Assembly (NCBI GenBank): GCA_964291665.2
Contig: OZ219814.1
Coordinates: 359,525 to 423,524 of the forward strand
DNA: 64,000 nt
Reading direction: 5' to 3'
Source: Thermodesulfobacteriota bacterium
Lineage (GTDB): Bacteria; Desulfobacterota_D; UBA1144; Nemesobacterales; Nemesobacteraceae
The notes under the pieces: generated by a model
What the model saw: the letters and a program-made list of their open reading frames with translations, nothing else
What the model was told of the DNA's origin: nothing
Database searches by the model: none
Program-made: the position numbers and the translations under genes
Part shown: piece after piece, positions 1-6,692 of the stretch
Layout: every line of letters begins with the position of its first letter
How positions within the stretch are numbered: the stretch's first letter is position 1

Positions 1-514
1 CTTTCGCCATAACCATAGCCCCTTTAAACTGAGAAATCAGGAATTCGGGAATCAGGTTCGTATCAATTCCGTCTTGAAGCATTCCCGCTTCCTTGCAATC
101 TTCTACGCTTGCATCCATACCTTTTTTGGTTATCTGGAAAAACGTATCGATAACAGAACGGAATTTCTGGTTTATGGAACCCTGTTCCAAGTCCATCCTC
201 GCAATAAAGCTGCCTGTCTGTAAAAAAAGGTCACGCTTGGCGTAAACTCCTTCTATATAGAACTTGACACAGCGCTCAAGGGGATTTGTATAGCGGGCAA
301 GGAGAATTTCCGATACGATTTTTTCCTGATAATCGACGTGCAGTTTGAGTATCTTAAGCCCCAACTCCTCCTTGTTTTCGAAATGGTAGTAGAAATTACT
401 CTTGGAAATCCCCGCCGCCTTTATGAGCATGTCAATAGAAGTTCCACTGTACCCATAAAAACGAAAATGCTCGTAGGCGGTCTCAATAATTTTACCTTTG
501 TTAGTACTTTTCAT
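1..514 (-). CDS. TetR/AcrR-family transcriptional regulator (C-terminal end runs off the window)
   Basis: Absent from the ORF track because there is no stop in the window. Reverse-strand translation from ATG (514..512) reads MKSTNKGKIIETAYEHFRFYGYSGTSIDMLIKAAGISKSNFYYHFENKEELG, the TetR N-terminal helix-turn-helix signature. Confidence 0.8.
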   Translation of the reverse strand, partial: MKSTNKGKIIETAYEHFRFYGYSGTSIDMLIKAAGISKSNFYYHFENKEELGLKILKLHVDYQEKIVSEILLARYTNPLERCVKFYIEGVYAKRDLFLQTGSFIARMDLEQGSINQKFRSVIDTFFQITKKGMDASVEDCKEAGMLQDGIDTNLIPEFLISQFKGAMVMAK

Positions 515-560
515 TCCCAATACCTATTAGCTAGTACTTTTCATTCCTAATACCTACTTA
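501..560. repeat. Imperfect 30-bp tandem duplication covering the TetR start-codon region
   Basis: 501-530 ttagtacttttcattcccaatacctattag vs 531-560 ctagtacttttcattcctaatacctactta (25/30 identical). The upstream copy gives the mini-ORF ATG AAA AGT ACT AGC TAA on the minus strand. Confidence 0.85.
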
Positions 561-937
561 TTAAACTCCCTAGAAGAATTTTGTCAATCGGTTTTAGAAG
601 TGATTACAAAATAATACGGGACCGTTAAACCTCATGAGACACTGAAAACCAACACCGACGGTCATATCCCGCCCTCGACTCTCAGGTAAAGACGGAACCC
701 GGTTCGCGGCCATAAAAAACTCAGACACCCTTTCGTCTCCGGGCGAGAAAAGCATTAAAAAACAAGGGAACCGAGGCACGGTTCAGAACAGATCTTTTTT
801 GAGCCGCACTCTCAGACCCAGCAAGTCATTTCCCCGTAACCAGGCGGGATTGAGTCTCGCCGCCCTGCTTCTGCTAGGCGGGGCGGCGTCTTGAGAACTC
901 TTAAGCCAGATGCCGTTTTTTCGCTCTCCTGCTCGGT

Positions 938-2044
938 TCATCGATGATCGGAACCGGTAATCTCGCTTATGTCGCTGATTCCGTTTTTATCCATGAACCG
1001 GATAAGCCCCCTGTTTATCGAGTTCGCGACCGAAAGACCCTCTCCGCGAAGTCCCGTGACCACCTGGAGGGCCTTGGCTCCCGCGCGAAGCTTCTCAAGC
1101 GCAGAAGCGGTGTCGGAGACGCCCCCCACCCCGATTATCTCAAGCTCCCCGCCCGCAGTACTGTAAACGTGGGAAATAATCGACGTTGAAAGCTCCCTGT
1201 ACTCAAGATCGTTTCCGCTTATTCCCCCGGGAAGACCCTCCCACTTCGCGCCGTACTTCGCCTTGAGGGACCGGTTGTCGCTCGTGTTGGTGGCTATTAC
1301 GCCCGAGATCCCGGAATCGACCACGACCCCAAGGAGATCGTCTATCGCCCCCAGGGAAAGATCGGGAGAGATCTTAACGAACAGGGGCCGCTCGACACCC
1401 GAAGGGTCCCCGAGGGACTCCCTCACGGCCCGTATTATTTCCCCAAGGCGTCCCCCGTCCTGAAGCTTCCTCAGCCCCGGGGTGTTGGGGGAGCTCACGT
1501 TTATAGCGAAGTAGGCGGCGTCCGAGCGGAATTTCCGGGCGACTGCGGCATAGGCCCGCGGGGCGTCATCGTGGCTTACGTCAGAGTTTATGCCAAGGTT
1601 CACTCCGACGGGCATATCGAGGCGGCCGTAGCGCCTGAGGTTCTCGAGGACCGCGTCCATCCCCGGGCTGTTTAACCCAAGGGAATTAAGGCACACCTCG
1701 GGGGTCACCATAAACTGCCGGGGCCTGGGATTTCCCCTCTGGGGCCTCTCTACGACAGAACCCACTTCGACCCCCGCAAACCCAAGGGAGTAAAGCGCCC
1801 GAAGCGCCCTTCCGGTCTTGTCCCATCCCGCCCCCACGATAAGGGGATTCTCAAAAGGCACGCCGGCCACCGCGGTGGCGAGTCTTTTGTCCCTGACCCT
1901 GGCCCCGCCGCTTGCGGAAAGCTCAAGCAGTCTCAGGGTAAGACCCGAGAACTCGCAGAGATGCATGAGCTCCTTTACGTTATGGTGCCACGTTTCTGAA
2001 TCAAGACGGTCAAGAACCGGCCTTAGGAAAGTTTTATAGATCAT
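938..2044 (-). CDS. pyrD: Dihydroorotate dehydrogenase (quinone-type, class 2)
   Basis: 368-aa ORF with motifs GVPFENPLIVGAGWDKTG, INVSSPNTPGLR and GVIATNTS, plus the N-terminal extension typical of class 2 DHODH. Confidence 0.9.
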   Translation of the reverse strand: MIYKTFLRPVLDRLDSETWHHNVKELMHLCEFSGLTLRLLELSASGGARVRDKRLATAVAGVPFENPLIVGAGWDKTGRALRALYSLGFAGVEVGSVVERPQRGNPRPRQFMVTPEVCLNSLGLNSPGMDAVLENLRRYGRLDMPVGVNLGINSDVSHDDAPRAYAAVARKFRSDAAYFAINVSSPNTPGLRKLQDGGRLGEIIRAVRESLGDPSGVERPLFVKISPDLSLGAIDDLLGVVVDSGISGVIATNTSDNRSLKAKYGAKWEGLPGGISGNDLEYRELSTSIISHVYSTAGGELEIIGVGGVSDTASALEKLRAGAKALQVVTGLRGEGLSVANSINRGLIRFMDKNGISDISEITGSDHR

Positions 2045-2115
2045 GCCCTTTTGAGAATTCTATCCGAACAAGGCCTCGGCAGGCAAAACCGGACCCGGAA
2101 CCAGGCGCGGGCGGA

Positions 2116-3216
2116 TCAGACGTTGAACCTGAAAAACATGACGTCCCCGTCGCAGACCTCGTAGTCCTTTCCCTCAAGCCTCATCTTCCCGGCCTCCCTG
2201 ACCATCTGCTCGGAACCCTCCCTCACGTAATCCTCGTACGATATGGTCTCGGCCCTTATGAAGCCCCTCTCAAAATCGGTGTGGATGATCCCGGCCGCCT
2301 GGGGCGCCCTGGTTCCGCGCCTCACGGTCCAGGCCCTAACCTCCTTGGGGCCCGTGGTGAAATAGGTAAGAAGCCCGAGATTCGAGTACGCGCAGTTAAC
2401 CAGCCTGTCAAGCCCGGAAGCGGAAAGCCCGAGCTCCTCGAGGAAAACAGCCTTCTCCTCTCCCTCAAGCTCGGCTATCTCAGCTTCTATCCTTGCCGAG
2501 ACGGTGATGACGTCGTCTCCCGAGCGCTCGGCGCACTCCCTTACCCTGCTTACCTCCGGGTTTTCCCCGGCCCCCGAGATATCTTCCTCAGAGACGTTGC
2601 AGACGTAGATAACGGGTTTTTCGCTTAGAAGAAAAAGCTTCCGTACCGTGTCCGCGTTTCCTTCCGGGCAGGGAAAATCCCTCGCGCGCCGCCCGGTCTC
2701 TATAAACTCCCGAAGCGCCTTCACCGTTTCAAGCTCCCTCACTACTCCCTTATCTCCGCTTTTTGCCTGGTTTGTGAGTTTTTCCTCCCTTTTCTCCACA
2801 GTCTCGAGATCCTTCAGGATAAGTTCGTCCTCGATAGTGAGGATATCGCGGATGGCGTCGATTCCCTCCTCGACGTGGATCACGTTTTCATCCTCAAAGC
2901 ATCTTACGACATGGAGTATGAGGTCGACTTCCCTTATGTGGGACAAAAAGGCGTTTCCCCTTCCCTTTCCCTCTGAAGCCCCCTTAACGAGCCCCGCTAT
3001 GTCGACTATCTCAAGGCTCGTGGGAACGGTCCTCCGGGGTTTTACGATGTCTGAGATGGCATAAAGCCTCGGGTCCGGGACCCCGACCACTCCCACGTTA
3101 GGATCTATGGTGCAGAAAGGAAAATTGGAGGCCGCGGCGCCCGCGTTTGTAAGCGCGTTAAAGAGAGTCGACTTCCCGACGTTAGGGAGTCCCACTATTC
3201 CGCATCGAATTCCCAT
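2116..3216 (-). CDS. ychF: Ribosome-binding ATPase YchF (Obg-like GTPase family)
   Basis: 366-aa ORF. P-loop GIVGLPNVGKSTLFNALT and C-terminal TGS-like IHTDFERGFIRAE. Confidence 0.95.
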   Translation of the reverse strand: MGIRCGIVGLPNVGKSTLFNALTNAGAAASNFPFCTIDPNVGVVGVPDPRLYAISDIVKPRRTVPTSLEIVDIAGLVKGASEGKGRGNAFLSHIREVDLILHVVRCFEDENVIHVEEGIDAIRDILTIEDELILKDLETVEKREEKLTNQAKSGDKGVVRELETVKALREFIETGRRARDFPCPEGNADTVRKLFLLSEKPVIYVCNVSEEDISGAGENPEVSRVRECAERSGDDVITVSARIEAEIAELEGEEKAVFLEELGLSASGLDRLVNCAYSNLGLLTYFTTGPKEVRAWTVRRGTRAPQAAGIIHTDFERGFIRAETISYEDYVREGSEQMVREAGKMRLEGKDYEVCDGDVMFFRFNV

Positions 3217-3239
3217 AAGTTTCCGTACCTGTTAGGAAA

Positions 3240-3318
3240 TGGGGTGGATGACCGGATTTGAACCGGCGACCTCTTGGGCCACAACCAAGTGCTCTAACCG
3301 GGCTGAGCTACACCCACC
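3240..3318 (-). tRNA. tRNA-His (anticodon GTG)
   Basis: The reverse complement GGTGGGTGTAGCTCAGCCCGGTTAGAGCACTTGGTTGTGGCCCAAGAGGTCGCCGGTTCAAATCCGGTCATCCACCCCA folds as a cloverleaf. It has the extra 5' G(-1) typical of tRNA-His, anticodon loop TTGTGGC, and an encoded CCA. Confidence 0.9.
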
Positions 3319-3569
3319 GTTGAAACCTTCATTGTCTATGGAGCAAAAACCGAATTTGCTAATATACCGGCAACCCGGTTAACAAACAAATCACCCAGGA
3401 AAAGGCCCGCGGATAAACCCGGACCGCGAAGGGAAAGAGGAGCATCCGCGCTGGCTCACCGCGTGGTTTCCCTTCGGGTTGCGGTTTCCCCGCAGATGAT
3501 TTCACCCGACCCGCAAACACGCCGTTTGGTCTCTCCGTCCCGCCGAATAACGCGGGGATGGGCAACGAT

Positions 3570-3598
3570 TTGACAGGTCCGGTTCTGTCTGTTATTTA
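3570..3598 (+). promoter_or_regulatory. Possible sigma70-like promoter upstream of the LRR locus
   Basis: TTGACA (3570-3575), 17-nt spacer, TATTTA (3593-3598). The -10 element is weak. Confidence 0.25.
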
Positions 3599-3755
3599 TA
3601 CTTACCGTACAGTAGCTACCAACCGGTTAGTTTTTATGGTATAGTGTGCTAGCTAAAAAGTAAATTCACCCCAGGAAAATGCTGAAATGCCGCTTGCCAG
3701 CCCGAATGAAATAAAACCTCTTTCCATGAAAAATCGTAAAAACCTGATCGCTCCA

Positions 3756-3766
3756 CCCCCCCCCCC
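3756..3766 (+). repeat. Homopolymeric C11 tract
   Basis: Eleven consecutive C residues 24 nt upstream of the first candidate start (TTG 3790) of the signal-peptide frame, and inside the ATG-3687 ORF. Confidence 0.95.
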
Positions 3767-3789
3767 GTTTTTCTTCGGAGCGAAGGATC

Positions 3790-4155
3790 TTGCGGCAGGT
3801 GGAAGCAGTGAGGCGTTTGTCCGCGTTCTCCGTAAAGTGCTTCCTTGTGTGCCTGGCCGCGGCGTTTTTCGTTATTGCGGGAGACGCGCACGGGCAAACG
3901 ACCTGCAGCAATCATTGCCATCCACACCGCTGACTGACAAGGACGTTCTTATAATTCTTTACTGCGCTACTGACGGCGCTAACTGGAGAAACAAGACAAC
4001 TGGCTTAGCGCCATGGCGCTTGACAGTTGGAATGGCGTGACGGCTACGGACAACGGTACGACAGCTAATAACGATGATATGGTAACAAGATTAGGCCTCA
4101 ACTTTAATCAGTTAAGCGGGACAATACCCGCCGAGCTTAAGCGGTACTGACCAGC
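3790..4155 (+). pseudogene. 5' part of the LRR surface-protein gene: signal peptide plus LRRNT-like cap, split over three frames
   Basis: Frame 1 (3790-3933) reads LRQVEAVRRLSAFSVKCFLVCLAAAFFVIAGDAHGQ then a stop. Frame 0 reads LTDKDVLIILYCATDGANWRNK. Frame 2 reads NWLSAMALDSWNGVTATDNG...LNFNQLSGTIPAEL then a stop at about 4147. Confidence 0.6.
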
Positions 4156-4810
4156 TTGCTGCAACTGGGTTTCTTTATCAATCAGTTAAGCGGGACAATA
4201 CCCGCCGAGCTTGGAGGTCTGACCAGCCTGAAGACACTGGTTCTCTATGGCAATCAGTTAACCGGTACAATACCCACCGAGCTTGGAGGTCTGACCAGCC
4301 TGACCTGGCTGTATCTCCATGACAATCAGTTAAGCGGAACAATACCCACCGAGCTTGGAAGTCTGACCAGCCTGACGCATCTGTGGTTCAGTAACAATCA
4401 GTTAAGCGGAACAATACCCACCGAGCTTGGGGGTCTGACCAGCCTGGAGGAACTGAGGCTCGAAGAAAATCAGTTAAGCGGAACAATACCCACCGAACTT
4501 GGAGCTCTGACCAGCCTGAAGGCACTGCTTCTCGATAACAATCAGTTAAGCGGAACAATCCCCACAGAACTTGGAGCTCTGACCAGCCTGGAGGCACTGT
4601 ATCTCAACGATAACGAACTGAGCGGAGATATCCCTTCCGAGCTTGGAAGCCTGACCAGCCTGACGCAACTGTATCTCAATGACAACGAACTGAGCGGCAA
4701 CATCCCTCCTGAACTTGGAAGCCTCTCAACCCTTAAGTTTCTCTGGCTTGACGACAACGACCTGGTCACGGTTCCGACAGAACTTGAAACCCTGACCGAG
4801 GGCGCCTTGT
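4090..4810 (+). repeat. Tandem array of about ten 72-bp units (24-residue LRRs)
   Basis: aatcagttaagcgg[ga]acaataccc.ccgagcttgg recurs with an exact 72-nt period at about 4108, 4180, 4252, 4324, 4396, 4468 and 4540. Diverged units occur at 4612, 4684 and 4756. Confidence 0.9.
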
Positions 4811-4905
4811 TGGAATTATCCCTCTGGGGCAATGAACGATCTCGTATGGGAGATGCCAATGTCAAACGAGCTTGGCAGGAGAGCGGACAGGGCGGCTTTA
4901 CGTGA
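4156..4905 (+). CDS. Leucine-rich repeat protein fragment (plant-type 24-residue LRRs); probably part of a frameshifted larger gene
   Basis: 249-aa ORF made of NQLSGTIPTELGGLTSLxxLxLxx repeats. It has no signal peptide of its own, a TTG start inside a repeat, and overlaps the next fragment. Confidence 0.7.
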   Translation: MLQLGFFINQLSGTIPAELGGLTSLKTLVLYGNQLTGTIPTELGGLTSLTWLYLHDNQLSGTIPTELGSLTSLTHLWFSNNQLSGTIPTELGGLTSLEELRLEENQLSGTIPTELGALTSLKALLLDNNQLSGTIPTELGALTSLEALYLNDNELSGDIPSELGSLTSLTQLYLNDNELSGNIPPELGSLSTLKFLWLDDNDLVTVPTELETLTEGALLELSLWGNERSRMGDANVKRAWQESGQGGFT

Positions 4906-6199
4906 ACTTTACGACAATACCAAAGGTCTTACCTGGAAAAACTCCGGCAATTGGTTTTTCCATCAACTCCCCTCCTCCGATTGGTACGGGGTCACAACAA
5001 ATGACGACAATCGGGTAAGCGAACTCGATCTCTCCGATAACAACCTTAATGGAGAGCTTACAAACGCGTTTGAGGCGCTTGACAACCTTGAATCGCTCAA
5101 TCTCTCCGCAAACCCGCTAAGGGGAGAGATTCCCCCGGAACTCGGAAAGCTCACCAACCTGCAGGGGCTGTACCTAAGAGAAGACTCACTGAGCGGAGAA
5201 ATTCCCCCGGAACTTGGAGGCCTCACCAGACTGGCTCTACTGTTTCTTGACGGTAACTCACTAAGAGGAGAAATTCCCCCGGAACTTGGAGATCTGAGTG
5301 AACTGAGAGAACTGCATCTTGAGGAGAACTCATTAACAGAAATTCCCCCGGAACTCGGAAACTTGAGCAACCTGCGACAACTGGTGCTTGAAGAGAACCA
5401 ATTAAGCAGAATTCCCCCGGAACTCGGAAACCTGAGCAACCTGCGACAGCTGGCGCTTGCCTTTAACTCGTTAAGCGGGACAATCCCCACCGAACTTGGA
5501 GGTCTCTCCAACCTGCAATACCTGCTTCTTAACGACAATCCCATGCTGGGCGGAACGCTTCCGCTTGAACCGGCGGTTCATACCTCTTTTGATACTCTGG
5601 ACATAAGCAATACGGGTATCTGCGTGCCTGACACAGCGGAGTTTCGGGAATGGCTGGGAAGCGGAAGGTTCTTATTCTATGAAAGCGGTATTACCTGCGA
5701 ACAGAGCCCGGGAAAGGTAACGGGGGTGACGGTGGAGCCGGGAGAGTCGAGTCTCTCGGTATCGTGGGACCAGGTAACGGATGCAGACGGCTACAAGGTG
5801 CAGTGGAAGTCGGGTTCGGAGGAGTACGGGGCGATGGACCGTGAAGAGGAGGTCATGGGCGGGGACACGACCAGCTACACGATTACCGAACTTGTCCCGG
5901 GCACCACTTACACAGTAAGGGTGATAGCAACCAAGGGCGCTGAAGACTATGAGCCGTCAGACGACGTAACAGGTACGCCGATAGGACCAGAGCCTCCACC
6001 GCCACCGCCACCACCACCGCCACCTCCTCCACCTCCACCACCTCCACCGCCACTAGTGACTCTGGTACAGGTAACGGGGGTAACGGTGACTCCAGAGGTT
6101 TTGAGTCTCTCGGTATCTTGGGACCCAGGTAACGGATGCAGACGGCTACAAAGTGCAGTGGAAGTCGGGTTCGGAGGAATACGGAGCAATGGACCGTGA
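4832..6199 (+). CDS. LRR + fibronectin type III + polyproline protein fragment
   Basis: 455-aa ORF. Cap RAALRELYDNTKGLTWKNSGNW..SDWYGVTT, about 7 LRRs (NSLSGEIPPELGxLxxL), an FN3-like module (LSVSWDQVTDADGYKVQWKSG...YTVRVIA), and a run of about 20 Pro. Confidence 0.7.
   Translation: MNDLVWEMPMSNELGRRADRAALRELYDNTKGLTWKNSGNWFFHQLPSSDWYGVTTNDDNRVSELDLSDNNLNGELTNAFEALDNLESLNLSANPLRGEIPPELGKLTNLQGLYLREDSLSGEIPPELGGLTRLALLFLDGNSLRGEIPPELGDLSELRELHLEENSLTEIPPELGNLSNLRQLVLEENQLSRIPPELGNLSNLRQLALAFNSLSGTIPTELGGLSNLQYLLLNDNPMLGGTLPLEPAVHTSFDTLDISNTGICVPDTAEFREWLGSGRFLFYESGITCEQSPGKVTGVTVEPGESSLSVSWDQVTDADGYKVQWKSGSEEYGAMDREEEVMGGDTTSYTITELVPGTTYTVRVIATKGAEDYEPSDDVTGTPIGPEPPPPPPPPPPPPPPPPPPPPLVTLVQVTGVTVTPEVLSLSVSWDPGNGCRRLQSAVEVGFGGIRSNGP
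5020..5570 (+). repeat. Second LRR repeat block (69-72-bp units, about 7-8 copies)
   Basis: Recurring ...ggagaaattcccccggaacttgga... units encoding GEIPPELG. Confidence 0.8.
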
Positions 6200-6620
6200 A
6201 GAGGAGGTCATGGGCGGGGACACGACCAGCTACACGATTCCTGACCTCACAGCCGGCACTGAGTACACAGTGAGGGTGATAGCGACAAGGTCAGGCGCCG
6301 ATGACGGGCAGCCGTCAGATGAGAAAACAGGCACGCCGAAGTTTCCGGCTCCCGCACAGGTAACGGGGGTAACGGTGACTCCAGGGGTTTTGAGTCTCTC
6401 GGTATCTTGGACCCAGGTAGCGGATGCAGACGGTTACAAGGTGCAGTGGAAATCGGGCACGGAGAGCTTTGGCACCCACCAGCATGTGATCACTGAAGGC
6501 GGCACGACCACCTACACCATTCCTGACCTCGCAGCCGGCACTGAGTACACAGTGAGGGTGATAGCGACAAGGTCAGGCGCCGATGACGGGCAGCCGTCAG
6601 ACGAGGCAACAGGTACGCCG
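5704..6620 (+). repeat. Three near-identical FN3-encoding cassettes (about 290 bp each)
   Basis: Long identical nucleotide stretches are shared pairwise. One example, gcagacggctacaa.gtgcagtggaagtcgggttcggagga, is in cassettes 1 and 2. Another, gccggcactgagtacacagtgagggtgatagcgacaaggtcaggcgccgatgacgggcagccgtcaga, is in cassettes 2 and 3. Confidence 0.85.
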
Positions 6621-6692
6621 ATGGGATTAACACCACCTGCTCCAGAACCTCCTCCACCTCCAGACCTCCGCCGGTGGAGCCGGGGCCGATAA
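6153..6692 (+). CDS. FN3-repeat protein fragment (continuation of the LRR/FN3 gene in another frame)
   Basis: 179-aa ORF. It starts inside an FN3 module (QWKSGSEEYGAMDREEEV) and contains a second complete FN3 plus a Pro-rich linker. Confidence 0.6.
   Translation: MQWKSGSEEYGAMDREEEVMGGDTTSYTIPDLTAGTEYTVRVIATRSGADDGQPSDEKTGTPKFPAPAQVTGVTVTPGVLSLSVSWTQVADADGYKVQWKSGTESFGTHQHVITEGGTTTYTIPDLAAGTEYTVRVIATRSGADDGQPSDEATGTPMGLTPPAPEPPPPPDLRRWSRGR

Noticed and set aside
594-779. 61-aa minus-strand ORF, and a ctgaga-containing stretch vaguely reminiscent of a TPP riboswitch
   Set aside because: The ORF has no RBS or recognisable motif. The TPP core elements (GGGGUGC, CUGGAUAAUGCCAGCG-like pyrimidine sensor) are absent.
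3240-3790. tRNA-His-linked genomic island containing the LRR locus
   Set aside because: No integrase, no tRNA 3'-end direct repeat and no clear compositional shift are visible. The LRR gene lies on the 5' side of the tRNA.
4090-4810. Regularly spaced repeats that could be mistaken for a CRISPR array
   Set aside because: The period is 72 nt with no unique spacers. The whole unit is conserved, in frame, and encodes 24-residue LRRs.
4963-5544. 193-aa minus-strand ORF antisense to the second LRR block (and similar ones at 4388-4597 and 4542-4865)
   Set aside because: These are Ser/Pro-rich repetitive shadows of the sense LRR repeats. The sense frame has a clear LRR consensus.
5947-6189. 80-aa minus-strand ORF with a poly-Gly run
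   Set aside because: It is the reverse complement of the polyproline codon run in the FN3/LRR gene. It has no independent support.
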